Shown here in pieces: positions 19,822 through 30,296 of a DNA stretch of 64,000 nt. Both the position numbers and the translations under genes were made by a program. Origin of the DNA: an uncultured Chloroflexia bacterium (GTDB taxonomy: Bacteria > Chloroflexota > Limnocylindria > Limnocylindrales > CSP1-4); contig CAWEZH010000002.1 in assembly GCA_963813535.1 (NCBI GenBank), positions 1,568,001 to 1,632,000 of the forward strand, given 5' to 3'. Below the pieces are notes generated by a model that saw nothing but the letters and a program-made list of their open reading frames with translations, was not told where the DNA came from and searched no databases. Positions within the stretch are counted from its first letter, which is position 1; each line of letters starts with the position of its first letter.

Positions 19822-20559
19822 TCAGTCGCTGATGAGGGGCGCGTCGATCACGCCGGCGAACGCTCGGGCGAAGATCCAGGCCGCACGCTCCACGGTCTCG
19901 GTGGTCGGCGGCTCGTCGCTGCGGCCGACCTCGCGGGCGATCGACGTCGACGTCACGCCCGGCATCCCGCACGCATCGATGAGCGCGAAATCGTCGAGGT
20001 CGACGCTGACGTTGAGCGCGATGCCGTGATAGCTCACGCCCCGCTCCACGCGAAGTCCGAGCGCCCCGATCTTGCGAGGCTCGGGCCCAGCGGCGTCGCA
20101 CCAGCAACCCGGGTGACCGTCGCGGCGAGCCGACTCGACGCCCAACGCCCGGCACGTCTCGACCAGGGCCGCTTCTAGGGCGCGGACGAACGGCCGGAGC
20201 AAGAGGCCGCGCTCGTGCATCCGGACGATGGGATAGGCGACCAGCTGACCCGGGCCGTGGTAGGTGACCTCGCCGCCGCGCTCGATCCGCTGGACCTCGA
20301 TGCCTCGAGCCGCGAGTTCCTCGGTCGTCGCCAGGATGTGCGCCGGGTCGGAGTTCTTGCCGAGGGTCAGGACCGCCGGGTGTTCGAGCAGCAGCAGCTG
20401 GTCCCCGATGCGCGCGTCGGATCGGTCATCGACGAGCCGCTTCTGGAGCGCGTGCGCCTCGCGGTAGTCGATGCGACCGAGCCACCTCGCGCGCAGCGGC
20501 GCCATGCGTTCGGAGGGCGCGCGCAGCGGGGTACCCGGATCGATGAGAGAGGCCTCCAC
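19822..20559 (-). CDS. lipB: Lipoyl(octanoyl) transferase
   Basis: LEHPAVLTLG, RGGEVTYHGPGQLVAYP, KIGALG, HGIALN, ACG. Confidence 0.95.
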   Translation of the reverse strand: MEASLIDPGTPLRAPSERMAPLRARWLGRIDYREAHALQKRLVDDRSDARIGDQLLLLEHPAVLTLGKNSDPAHILATTEELAARGIEVQRIERGGEVTYHGPGQLVAYPIVRMHERGLLLRPFVRALEAALVETCRALGVESARRDGHPGCWCDAAGPEPRKIGALGLRVERGVSYHGIALNVSVDLDDFALIDACGMPGVTSTSIAREVGRSDEPPTTETVERAAWIFARAFAGVIDAPLISD

Positions 20560-20720
20560 GCCCGCACGATAGCAGGGGTACGGCCCGATCCCGGCGGGCC
20601 GCCCGGGTGACCCAGTGGTACCGGCCCGGGACCGCCGACCGGGTCGCTGCAGATTCGTTACGAAACGGGTAGGTTACCCGGGCTCACCGTCACGACACGA
20701 AGATCGGATCCACCTAGCGA

Positions 20721-20939
20721 ATGTCTGCCTACCTTCTGCGCCCGCGCTCGTCGATCGCCGACCCGGAGCTCGCACGAGCCGCCACGGTCGACCTGCCCAC
20801 GGGCCGATCGATCCCCGTCTCGGTCCCACGTCCCCCCCAGGCACTCCTCGACGCCGTCGCCTCCCTGCGACGGCCAGCCGAGCCGGAGATGCCGATCGTG
20901 CTCACGCTCGCGCCCGTCCCTGCTCGCTCCCAGCGCTAG
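20721..20939 (+). CDS. Small hypothetical protein (72 aa)
   Basis: Fills the gap between lipB and the hydrolase; GC3-biased codons; overlaps the hydrolase 3' end. Confidence 0.4.
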   Translation: MSAYLLRPRSSIADPELARAATVDLPTGRSIPVSVPRPPQALLDAVASLRRPAEPEMPIVLTLAPVPARSQR

Positions 20940-21723
20940 CCCCTGGCGCGGCCTGTGCGCGACGGATCGGCGCGACGGTCGCGATCGGGTCGTTCAGCAG
21001 GAAGTCCAGGATGATCGCGTTGCAGAGCGCTGCCTTCTCCTGGAGCAGGAAATGCGACGTCCCCGGGACGATCGCCAGCTCGGCATTCGGAAGCGCGCGA
21101 TAGAAGTCGAGCGCGTGCTCGAGCGGGGTGATGTCGTCGTCGGCGTACATCACGAGGGTCAACACCTCGAGGGCGCTGAGGTCCTGGACGCTGAGGCGCG
21201 GTTCCCTGGAGCTCAGCTCGAAATCCTTTCGGACGACGACCGGGAAGTGCGCCTCGCCGTCGGGTGACACCTCGCCATAGGTCTTCCCGAGGAAGGCCAC
21301 GGTCTGCGCGACCATGTCGTCGATCGAGCGACTCTGCGCACCGACATCGGCCTCGATGTCGTAGCCGCCGCTGATCTCGATCAGCTTCCGGACGAGCTCA
21401 GGACGCCGCAGCGCAAGCATGAGCGCCACCGCCGCGCCGATGCTGTGGCCGAGCACGTGGGCCGGCCCGCCGGCGACCCGCTCGATCAGCTCGGCGACGT
21501 CGGTCGCGAACGATTCGAGCGTGAAGGGACCAGCGCGGTCGGCCGTCCGGCCGTGCCCCCACAGGTCCGTCGTGATGACCCGGTAGTGCTCCGCCAGCGG
21601 CGCGACATTGTGCTCGAAGAAGCGCGCGTCCACGGCGCCGCCATGGATGAGCACGAGCGCTTCGCCCTGCCCCTGCTCGTCGTACCAGATGCTGCCGTTG
21701 GTGAGCTCGATGTAGCCGGCCAC
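20902..21723 (-). CDS. Alpha/beta hydrolase
   Basis: LIHGG, DLWGHG, GHSIG nucleophile elbow, PGTSH. Confidence 0.9.
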   Translation of the reverse strand: MAGYIELTNGSIWYDEQGQGEALVLIHGGAVDARFFEHNVAPLAEHYRVITTDLWGHGRTADRAGPFTLESFATDVAELIERVAGGPAHVLGHSIGAAVALMLALRRPELVRKLIEISGGYDIEADVGAQSRSIDDMVAQTVAFLGKTYGEVSPDGEAHFPVVVRKDFELSSREPRLSVQDLSALEVLTLVMYADDDITPLEHALDFYRALPNAELAIVPGTSHFLLQEKAALCNAIILDFLLNDPIATVAPIRRAQAAPGASAGSEQGRARA

Positions 21724-21781
21724 GCCCGAATGGTATCGGCCGGTGCTATCGAGGCTCAGCCCACTCCGGCATGCACACCGA

Positions 21782-24700
21782 TCAGGTCGACGGTTCCGCC
21801 GCCGGCTCGAGGGTCGTGCTCCTCCGCCCGATCCGTGAGACGCGCACCTTCAGACCGTCGATCAGCGAGTACACGGCAGGGATGACGAGCAGGGTCAGGA
21901 ACGTCGCACTCAGGAGTCCGCCGATCACCACGGTCCCGAGCTCCGCGGCGATGATCGAGCCCTCGTTGAAGCCTGCAGCGAGGGGCACGAGCGCGAGGAT
22001 CGTGGCGATCGCGGTCATGAGGATGGGCCGGATCCGTGTCCGGCCGCCCTCGATGAGCGCGTCCTTCGTCGAGTGGCCGTCGGCACGCAACCGCTCGACC
22101 AGATCGAGCAGCACGATGGCGTTGGTGACGACGATCCCGATGAGCATCAGGAACCCGATGAGGGCGCTGAGCCCGATGGGGCGGTTCGTGACCAACAGGG
22201 CCGGGAAGGCACCGATCGTCGCGAGCGGCAGCGTGAACAGGATGACGAACGGGGTGACGAGCGAGTTGAAGGCGAGGACCATCATCAGGTAGACGAGCAG
22301 GATCGCGACGCCCATGGCGGCGAAGAGGCCGCCGAACGCTTCACTCTGCTGCGCCGTCACGCCGGCAAGCTCGACCTGCGCGCTTGGCGGGATGGTGCCG
22401 TCGGCGCGCAGGTCGTCGATGACGCCCTGGACCGCGACCGACGTCGCGCCCGTGTCGCCGCTGGTGATCTCGGCCGAGATCGTCGCCGATGGGGCCTCGT
22501 CGATCCGGGTGATCCGTCCCTGGACGTCGGCCTGATCGACATCGGCGACGGTGTCGAGCGGGACCTTGCGCGTCATGCCGACGGGCAGATCGCGCAACGC
22601 GTCAACGGACGTGACGCTGGCGGGATCGACGCGGACGACCAGGTCGACGGGATCCGCGTCCTCGAGCTGCACGCGACCGAGTGTCTGCGGCGTCAACGCG
22701 TTGCGGACTTCACCGCCGATCTGGGCGGCGGTAGACCCGACACCGATGGCGCGACTCGGATCGACTCGCACCTGGACCTCCGGAGCGGCCTTGACGAGAT
22801 CGCTCGACAGGTTGGTCAGACCGGGCTCCTGCTCGAGTGCCACGAGGACGGCGTCGGAGGTCTCGGCGACGACGTCCGCGTCCTCGGCGCTCACGATCAG
22901 GCTGAGACCGTTCGAACTGAAACCACCCTGCTGCCCGACGGTCACTTCGAAGCCGTCGGTGCTCACGGGTGCCAGCTGATCGGCGAGCTGCTGCGTCTTC
23001 GCCTCAAGGTCGACCGACGGATCGAGGCGCACGATCATCCGGGCGCTGTTGGCGGCACGACCCTGCTGTGCGGCGAGGACGGTCTGGAAGCCGGTGTCGC
23101 CTTCGCCGGGCACGGTCGTGGCGACGAGGTCGACATCGGGGTCGGCCAGGAGGATCTCTTCAGCCTTCGCGGCCTGCTCGAGGACCTGCTCGGAGCCGGC
23201 GCCGGTCGGCGGTGCGACGGTGACCTGCAGGATCTTCTCCGAGCCCGAATCGATGAACGAGGTCGGGAGGAGCGGCACGAGTGCCAGCGAGGCAACGAAC
23301 AGCACCGCGGCGACGACGACCGTCCCGACTCGGGTCCAACGGTTGCGAAGCACGACCCGGATGGCCGGGTCGTACAAGCGCACCCAGAACGAGTTCTTGG
23401 GTTCACCGGTCTCGTCCACGGCGCCACTGACGTTCTTGACCAGGAAGTACGCGAGGACGGGGACGACCGTCAATGCCACGACGAGCGATGCGAGCAGCGC
23501 GAACGTGACGGTCAGCGAGAAGGACAGGAAGAACTGGCTGACGAACCCGCCGGCGAACCCGAGTGGCAGAAAGACAGCAACGGTGGTGAACGTGCTTGCG
23601 GTGATCGCGCTGGCGACCTCGCGCGGCCCCTCGATGACAGACGTCATCCGGTCGTGCCCGAGCGCCCGATGGCGATAGATGTTCTCGAGGACGACGATCG
23701 AATCGTCCACCACGCGCCCGATTGCCACCGCCAGGCCGCCGAGGGTCAGGATGTTCAGGGTGATCCCGGCGGCCTGCATGATCACGAGCGCTGCAAGGAT
23801 CGAGAGCGGGATGCTGACCGCCGCGACAAAGGTCGATCGCACGTTGGCCAGGAACAGGAAGATCGTGATCACGGCGAAGACGGCCCCGAGACCGCCCTCG
23901 CGCAGCAGCCCCTCGCTCGATTCGAGGATGAAGGACGACTGATCGGCGATGGTGACGATGGCGATCTCGCCGGGGTGACGCAGCGCGATCTCGTCGAGCT
24001 TGGCCTGGACCGCCTCGGCAACGGCGACGGTGTTGGCGGCGCTGGTCTTGCTGACCGAGATGGTGACGGCCGGTTGGCCGTTGGTTCGCGCATAGCCGGT
24101 CGTCGCGACGTCCGCGAGCTCGACCGACCCGAGATCGCCGATGGTGATGGGCTGGGGCACGACCGGGGTCGGGGGTGTGGTCGGGGTGGTCGGCGTCGTC
24201 GGGTGGTCGGCGTGGTCGGCGTGGTCGGGGTGGTCGGCGTCCGGACGCCGACGACGAGGTCCTCGATCTGCGCGACGGACTCGAAGCGACCGATCGTCGA
24301 TACCGGGATCTGCTCGCCGTCGACCGACAGCTGGCCACCCGGCAGCGTCAGGTTGTTGGCCTGGAGGATCCCGGTCACCTGCTGGACCGAGACGCCGGCC
24401 TCCGACAGCTTGTCTGGGTCCAGCGTGATCTCGAGTCGTGTCTCCAGGCCACCCGCGAGGTCCGCCGATGCGACGCCCGGGAGCGAGAGGATCTCGGGGA
24501 TGAGCTCTGTCCGGGCGATCTCGGCAGCCTGGTCCAGGCTGGTCTCGCCCTGGGCCGAGACCGAGGCGACGACGACCGGCGCCGCGTTGAAGTCGAAGGA
24601 GCCGACGGTCGGCTCGACGCCGTCGGGCAAGGGCGTGCTGCGGAGGTTCTCCTCGATCGTCGCGACCGCCTCGTCGAGGTTCGTGCCGTAATCGAACTGG

Positions 24701-24981
24701 GCGACCGCGAATGCGAGCGAGTTCGCCGACGTGGTCTGCAGCTGGGTCAGGCCGGGCACGCCGCTCATGGCCCGCTCGATGGGCTTGGCCACCTGCTCGG
24801 TCACGTCCGACGCGCCGGCACCGGGATACGGGGCGATGACCGAGACGACGGGGAACGAGACGTCGGGCAGGAGCTCCTGCTTGAGGCTTCCCCAGGCGGC
24901 GATGCCGGCGATGAAGAAGGCCGACGCCAGGAGGAGGGTGACGCTCCGCCGTGCGACGGCGAATCTCGTGAGGCGGCTCAT
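21782..24981 (-). CDS. RND (AcrB/SwrC-like) efflux permease; one frameshift at about 24200 in a Pro-Thr linker
   Basis: ELLPDV.FP, GRVVDDSIVVLENI, GIVVTNAIVL, RIRPILMT; joins ORFs 23869..24981 and 21782..25051. Confidence 0.92.
24170..24240. repeat. 9-bp tandem repeat encoding a (PTT)n linker inside the RND gene
   Basis: GGTCGGCGT/GGTCGGGGT units; one unit is one base short. Confidence 0.8.
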
Positions 24982-25472
24982 TCGGTACTCCTGGGGGTGT
25001 CAGAGGGAAGGGCGGAGGCGTCGACGGCGCGGCCCATGATCCGGGCGGCACGCACGATGACCTTCAGCTCGGCGTCGGTCATCGCGTCATACAGCGCACG
25101 GAGCTGGCGGGTGCCGAGCTCACGCAGCTGCTCGAGGCGCTCGAGTCCGAGGGCGGTGACGGAGACGTGGACCTGGCGCCGGTTGGCCGGGTCGTCGACG
25201 CGGCGCAGCAGGCCCAGGGCGACCAGGTGATCGACCGACCCGCTGGCGGTCGACACAGTCACGCCGAGTCGCTGGGCGATGTCGGACATCGTCAACTCGC
25301 GAGAGGCGGTGACCACGTACAGCAGCTTCGCCTGGGCCATCGTGATGTCGAGCGCCGCGAAATCGGGCGCATGAAGGCTCATCAACCGCCGCTGGAGGTC
25401 CTCGAACGCGTCGAGCGCGTTCTGCACCGCGGGGCGCACGTCAGGATTCGGCTTGACCATACTGTTCGGCAT
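24978..25472 (-). CDS. MarR-family transcriptional regulator
   Basis: ITMAQAKLL, TMSDIAQRLGV, LRRVDDPANRR; overlaps the RND start. Confidence 0.9.
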   Translation of the reverse strand: MPNSMVKPNPDVRPAVQNALDAFEDLQRRLMSLHAPDFAALDITMAQAKLLYVVTASRELTMSDIAQRLGVTVSTASGSVDHLVALGLLRRVDDPANRRQVHVSVTALGLERLEQLRELGTRQLRALYDAMTDAELKVIVRAARIMGRAVDASALPSDTPRSTE

Positions 25473-25498
25473 TTCCGTAGTGTTTGGGATAGCCGAAT
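25463..25498. promoter_or_regulatory. Tandem imperfect palindromes over the marR start (probable MarR operator)
   Basis: TGTTCGGcatttCCGTAG followed directly by TGTTTGGgatagCCGAAT. Confidence 0.5.
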
Positions 25499-25521
25499 GA
25501 TGGGGAGTCGCCGAAGAAACG

Positions 25522-26847
25522 TCAACTCACCCGAAGGTCCTGGGTCGTCCGGTGCTCTTCGGTGGTCGGGAGATCCTCAGTGATCGGCAGATCGCGGATG
25601 CTGTGGGGATCCCGCAGACCGAGGAGATACCACGTCTCCATGTCGCCTTTGCCCTTGATCGAAACGTTCCCCCGAGGCTCGCAACGGAACTCATCCTTGA
25701 GCAGCTCGTACGTCGCGCGCGTGATCTGGATGCGTCCGGGCGTTCCGTGCGACTCCATCCGGCTGGCGGTGTTGACCGCATCCCCCCACAGGTCATAGAG
25801 GAACCGCTTCCGGCCGATGACGCCGGCCACGACGGGGCCTGAATTGATCCCGATCCGGAGCTCGAGGCCGAGGTCGCCCATAGCCCCGACCGTCGTCATG
25901 CCGTCCAGCATGTCGAGCGCCATGAGGGCGAGCGCCTGGGCGTGATCCGGCCGAGGCGTCGGCACGCCCGCAGCCACCATGTAGGCGTCGCCGATCGTCT
26001 TGATCTTCTCCAGCTGGTATCGCTCCGCCAGGGTGTCGAAGTGGCTGAACAGGTGGTCGAGCAGACCGACGACCTCGGCCGGCGAGAGGTGCTCCGACCG
26101 TGGCGTGAAGTCGACGACGTCGGCGAACAGGATCGATGCCGCGGTGAACTGGTCGGCGATGGTCTCGGGTTGGGCCTTCAGCTTCTCGGCGATCGAGCGG
26201 GGCAGGATGTTGAGGAGCAGGTTGTCGGCCTTGGCCTGTTCGCCTCGAAGCGCGAGCAGCGCGTCCTCGCGCTGCTTTGCGAAGAGCGCGAGCAATGTGA
26301 AGACCATCGTCCCGCCGACCGTGATGTTGAGTGCCAGCATCGTGCTGAGGAACCAGGCCGGCAGCGTCGTGGTGATGCCGGACGCCTCGCCGACGATGCC
26401 CGACCCGAGGAAGACGACCAGGAAGGCGACGTACCAGCGGACGCCCGATCGCGTGTCAGCGAAGACGAGTGCGCCGAGTGGGGCGATGATCCCCCACAGG
26501 CCGACGCCGCCGGACGCAAGGAAGCCTCCCAGCGGGATCATCGAGATCGTCGGCGCGAGCACGATCGCCAGGAGCTGCACACGCAGCAGATGCGTGACGT
26601 TTCGCGTGCGTGTGAAGACGACGATCCCGCCCACGACGATCGCGAAGTACAGGTAGGCGATGTAGCCAGCCTGAGTCCCGAACGCCAGGTAGAGCGTCCC
26701 CCAGATCAGCGAGATCGGCAGGATCAGGACGCAGATCAGCAGGAGGAGCGCCTTGCGGAGGCGGGTCTCCTCGTCGTCCTCGGGGTCGGCACCCACCTGC
26801 GCCAGCCGTGCCAGCGCGGTGTCGATCAAGGTTCGAAGGGACGTCAC
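25522..26847 (-). CDS. Membrane-bound class III adenylate cyclase
   Basis: About 6 TM helices; ILFADVVDFT, KIKTIGDAYM, YDLWGDAVNTASRMES (K/D pair indicates ATP specificity); TATCCT box 6 nt before GTG at 26847. Confidence 0.9.
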   Translation of the reverse strand: MTSLRTLIDTALARLAQVGADPEDDEETRLRKALLLLICVLILPISLIWGTLYLAFGTQAGYIAYLYFAIVVGGIVVFTRTRNVTHLLRVQLLAIVLAPTISMIPLGGFLASGGVGLWGIIAPLGALVFADTRSGVRWYVAFLVVFLGSGIVGEASGITTTLPAWFLSTMLALNITVGGTMVFTLLALFAKQREDALLALRGEQAKADNLLLNILPRSIAEKLKAQPETIADQFTAASILFADVVDFTPRSEHLSPAEVVGLLDHLFSHFDTLAERYQLEKIKTIGDAYMVAAGVPTPRPDHAQALALMALDMLDGMTTVGAMGDLGLELRIGINSGPVVAGVIGRKRFLYDLWGDAVNTASRMESHGTPGRIQITRATYELLKDEFRCEPRGNVSIKGKGDMETWYLLGLRDPHSIRDLPITEDLPTTEEHRTTQDLRVS

Positions 26848-26958
26848 CGCGCGAGGATATACACCGGGCACGAGACATTCACGAAATCGTCAGGCTGCCG
26901 AGCGCGAGCGATGCCGAGGCGATCGAAGCCGTGATGCGCGGCAGACTCCGGCTGGTTC

Positions 26959-27408
26959 CTAGAGGCGGCGGCGGTACTGGATGAACCCAGGGCGCTCGGC
27001 GAGCGTGTCGTACAGCGCGCGGGCGGTCGCGTTCGACTCGTGCGTCAGCCAGTACACGCGGCTCGCGCCAGCCGCCCGGGCCTGTTCGCACACCGCCTCG
27101 ATGAGGGCGCGACCGGCTCCCAGGCCCCGCGCCTCAGGCGATGTGAACAGGTCCTGCAGGTAGCAATAGTCGCCGATCGTCCACGTCGTTCGATGGAACA
27201 GGTAGTGGACGATGCCCACCAACCGGCCGTCGATGAACGCGCCGAGCACATGCATCGGCTCGGCGGGGTCGTGCAACCGTCGCCAGGTCGTTTCCGTGAC
27301 ATCGGCAGTCACGGCAGTCTCGTAGAAGGTGAGGTAGCCCGACCACAGCGGCTCCCACGCCTCGCGCTCATCGGGCCGCAGCGGGCGGACGTCGATCGGC
27401 CGCTTCAT
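26959..27408 (-). CDS. GNAT acetyltransferase
   Basis: CYLQDLF...RGLGAGRAL, VYWLT...NATARALY. Confidence 0.9.
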   Translation of the reverse strand: MKRPIDVRPLRPDEREAWEPLWSGYLTFYETAVTADVTETTWRRLHDPAEPMHVLGAFIDGRLVGIVHYLFHRTTWTIGDYCYLQDLFTSPEARGLGAGRALIEAVCEQARAAGASRVYWLTHESNATARALYDTLAERPGFIQYRRRL

Positions 27409-27458
27409 GTCATCGCTCAGTCTGCGCTAGCGGACGAAGAAACCGGGTGGAGCACCGC

Positions 27459-27487
27459 TTGGCGATACCACGGCCTCTCGATACACT
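27459..27487 (+). promoter_or_regulatory. Sigma70-type promoter of the tRNA
   Basis: TTGGCG-N17-TACACT. Confidence 0.6.
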
Positions 27488-27500
27488 GCCATCCTGCCGA

Positions 27501-27576
27501 GCGGGAGTAACTCAGTTGGCAGAGTGTCTGCTTCCCAAGCAGGATGTCGCGGGTTCGAGCCCCGTCTCCCGCTCCA
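27501..27576 (+). tRNA. tRNA-Gly(CCC)
   Basis: Acceptor stem GCGGGAG/CTCCCGC, anticodon loop TT-CCC-AA, GGTTCGAGCCC T-arm, encoded CCA. Confidence 0.96.
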
Positions 27577-27697
27577 AGCCCCTCCATCGTGGGGGCGTGT
27601 CGAGTCCCTAGCCGTCCTGGCTACGGTCCCACTGGATAGGTCGTTTCGGCCCTTCTGGGTCATGGTGGGTCCCGGAGCGCGAGCGCAGTCTCGGGTC

Positions 27698-28378
27698 ATG
27701 ACGATCGACCCACGTGGCGAGGCGTTCCTCAACGAGCGTCTCGCGACCGCCTACATGCTCCCCGTGGCGGATCTGGCCGTCGGTCGGCGGTTCGCGCCGA
27801 AGACCGACTTCATGTACATCGCGCCGTCGCCCCGGCACGCCGGTGGCTGGCCCGGCCCGGTATGGCGCGTCGGTTCGCTCGAGGGTGTACGCACCCAGTA
27901 CCGGTGGCTGGTGACGGCCGACGCGCTCGTCCCCCTCGAACGGCTCGAGCCGTGGGAGTCGTTCGGGCCCAACGGTCGACGGGTCGTCGACATCATCGAG
28001 CGCCTCTATCGATTCGATCCCAATGACCTCATCCGCGTGCGCCGACGGCTGGGCGACGGTCGGCGGCGGCCGATCGCGCGAGCCAGGATCAAGGTGCCGG
28101 CCGGCATGCAGGCCGGGTCGCCGGAGACCGCGATCCGGGGGTTGGTCCTCTGGGCGGCCGAGCGGTTGGATCCCGAAGCGGTCGCCGATGCGTCGTGGGA
28201 GAACGGATATCAGGGCGATCCGCGACGCCTTGGATCGCCCATGTGGGAAGGCCTCCTGACGATCGCGAACGACGCGGCCGCCGGCCTGTTCGTCGATGCC
28301 GACCCCAAGAAGACCGCGCGGCTCGAAGGTCGGTTCTGGCGACTCCTCGAGGCGACCGCGGCGCAAAAGGGCTCCTGA
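27698..28378 (+). CDS. Hypothetical protein
   Basis: Long GC3-biased ORF after the tRNA; no family recognised. Confidence 0.65.
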   Translation: MTIDPRGEAFLNERLATAYMLPVADLAVGRRFAPKTDFMYIAPSPRHAGGWPGPVWRVGSLEGVRTQYRWLVTADALVPLERLEPWESFGPNGRRVVDIIERLYRFDPNDLIRVRRRLGDGRRRPIARARIKVPAGMQAGSPETAIRGLVLWAAERLDPEAVADASWENGYQGDPRRLGSPMWEGLLTIANDAAAGLFVDADPKKTARLEGRFWRLLEATAAQKGS

Positions 28379-28442
28379 CCGGCACACGCCCGCGACACGA
28401 GGCGGCGGCGGTGGCACGCTTGTCGCCGACAGGAGGTGTCCG

Positions 28443-29009
28443 ATGAGGATCGTGGGGCGAATCATCGCCGTTTTGTGGGTCGCACTGATGGTGTCGATGG
28501 CGGGTGCCGCCATCGCCGCGCTCAACATGAAGCGGCGGATCGTGCCGAAGGCTGAGCCCGACGCCGACGATGTCCGCCTGGCCGCCATCTTCGAGCCGAT
28601 CGCCTTCGAATCGAGGGCCACGTCGTTCCGCGGCGGAGAGGTCGACCTCTGGTTCGGTGGTGGGATCATCGATCTACGCAAGGCCACGCTCGACCCGGCC
28701 GGTGCGCGGCTCGAGGTCCGGGCGATCTTCGGCGGGTGCCAGATCCTCGTGCCGGCCGATTGGCAGGTGACGACCAACGTCGTGGGCGTGGGCGGTGCCG
28801 GCGACGGCCGTCCGAAGGCCGAACGGGCACTCGATGCTCCGCATCTGACGGTCGAGGGGATCGCCTTCCTCGGCGGGATGGGGATCACCTCGGACATCCC
28901 GGACGAGGCCGTCCGGTCCGTTCGTGAGGCCATCGCGAAGCGACACCCGGAGAGTGGCGCCGGCGTGCCCGTGATGGAGGAGGCTCAGCCGGAACCCGTC
29001 AGCTTCTGA
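28443..29009 (+). CDS. LiaF/DUF2154-like cell-envelope stress protein
   Basis: RBS AGGAGG; FGGGIIDLRKA...IFGGCQILVP.DW...FLGG. Confidence 0.75.
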   Translation: MRIVGRIIAVLWVALMVSMAGAAIAALNMKRRIVPKAEPDADDVRLAAIFEPIAFESRATSFRGGEVDLWFGGGIIDLRKATLDPAGARLEVRAIFGGCQILVPADWQVTTNVVGVGGAGDGRPKAERALDAPHLTVEGIAFLGGMGITSDIPDEAVRSVREAIAKRHPESGAGVPVMEEAQPEPVSF

Positions 29010-29024
29010 TCGCAGGCGCGACGA

Positions 29025-30227
29025 CTAGGCCTCGCGCATCCCCCACGGCGAACCGTAGTCGGTCAACAGGTCGAGGAACGGGCGGGCCGGGAACGCCTCC
29101 GGGCCGAGCACGCCGGTGCCCTGCCACGACCCGGCGGCCAGCAACTCCAGCCCCACGACCGGATTGATCGCCGTCTGCCAGACGACCGCCTGTGACCCGT
29201 ATTCGCGCATCGACCACTCGTTGTCGACCACGTGATACAGGTACACCTCGCGCCGCCGGCCGTCCTTCATGCCGGTCACCCAGGTCCCGGCGCAGGTCTT
29301 GCCCCGCATCCGGTCGCCGAGCGTGGCCGGGTCGGGCAGGACGGCAGCGACGACGTCCCGCGGCGACACCTCGGCGCCACCGACACGCACCTTGTCGGTG
29401 CGGTCGAGCCCGAGTTTGTGCAGCGTCTTCAGGACCTCGATGAACTCGTCGCCCAGCCCGTACTTGAACGTCACCCGCTTGGCGGTCACCCAGCGCGGGA
29501 TGAGGAGCACTTCCTCGTGCTCGACGTTGACGCACTCGACCGGCCCGATCCCCTCCGGGAAGTCGAACGTCTCGGGTTCCGAGAACGGCGGGGTCGTGTA
29601 CCAGCCGCGGCCCTCCTCCCACACGACGGGCGGGTTCAGGCACTCCTCGATCGTCGTCCAGATCGAGAACGACGGCGCGAAGTCGTAGCCCTCGACCGTG
29701 AGGTTGGCCCCGTCGCGCACGCCGACATCGTCGATCTCGTCGAACAGCTCGTCGGCGGCGTGTCGGGCGAACACGTCCGACAGGCCCGGCTCGACGCCGA
29801 TCCCGACAAGGGCCAGGCGGCCGGCTTCCTCCCAGGCAGGGGCCTTGGCGAACTGCTCGTCACCGAGCTTTACCCCAGGTTCTTCGTGCGGCCGGTCGGG
29901 ATGCGGTCGCGACAGCGACATGGCCATGTCGATGTAGTCGGCGCCGGCGGCGAAGGCCCCATCGAAGATCGGCATGACGAACCGCGGATCGACGGCATTC
30001 AGGACGTGTGTCGCGCCATGCGCGCGGGCGAGGGCAGCGACATCGTCGGCCTTGGAGGCGTCGACCCGTGCCGCGATGAACCGCGCATCACCCAGCCGGT
30101 CGACCACCCGCTCGGCTCGCCCGAGGTCGTAGTCGGCCATGACGATCGCCTCGAAGAAGTCACGTCGCGCCGCGATCGGGGCGACCGCACTACCGACGCC
30201 GCCGCTGCCGACGACCAGGATCCTCAT
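29025..30227 (-). CDS. Saccharopine dehydrogenase-like oxidoreductase (carboxy(nor)spermidine dehydrogenase-like)
   Basis: ILVVGSGGVG, YIDMA, GVEPG, HEEV; RBS GGAGG. Confidence 0.82.
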   Translation of the reverse strand: MRILVVGSGGVGSAVAPIAARRDFFEAIVMADYDLGRAERVVDRLGDARFIAARVDASKADDVAALARAHGATHVLNAVDPRFVMPIFDGAFAAGADYIDMAMSLSRPHPDRPHEEPGVKLGDEQFAKAPAWEEAGRLALVGIGVEPGLSDVFARHAADELFDEIDDVGVRDGANLTVEGYDFAPSFSIWTTIEECLNPPVVWEEGRGWYTTPPFSEPETFDFPEGIGPVECVNVEHEEVLLIPRWVTAKRVTFKYGLGDEFIEVLKTLHKLGLDRTDKVRVGGAEVSPRDVVAAVLPDPATLGDRMRGKTCAGTWVTGMKDGRRREVYLYHVVDNEWSMREYGSQAVVWQTAINPVVGLELLAAGSWQGTGVLGPEAFPARPFLDLLTDYGSPWGMREA

Positions 30228-30296
30228 TTCCACCTCCATGGGCGAGACTCGGTCCAGTGTCGCCGGGTCGGCGCGACCGCGCGTATCACGACCTCG

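Noticed and set aside
24170-24240. Phase variation of the RND pump via the tandem repeat
   Set aside because: Units are 9 bp, so slippage preserves the frame; the break is a single missing base in a G run, which fits a sequencing error
16240-24691. Very long antisense ORFs (for example 16240..18459 and 22073..24691)
   Set aside because: Expected shadow frames in high-GC DNA opposite well-supported genes; no recognisable motifs
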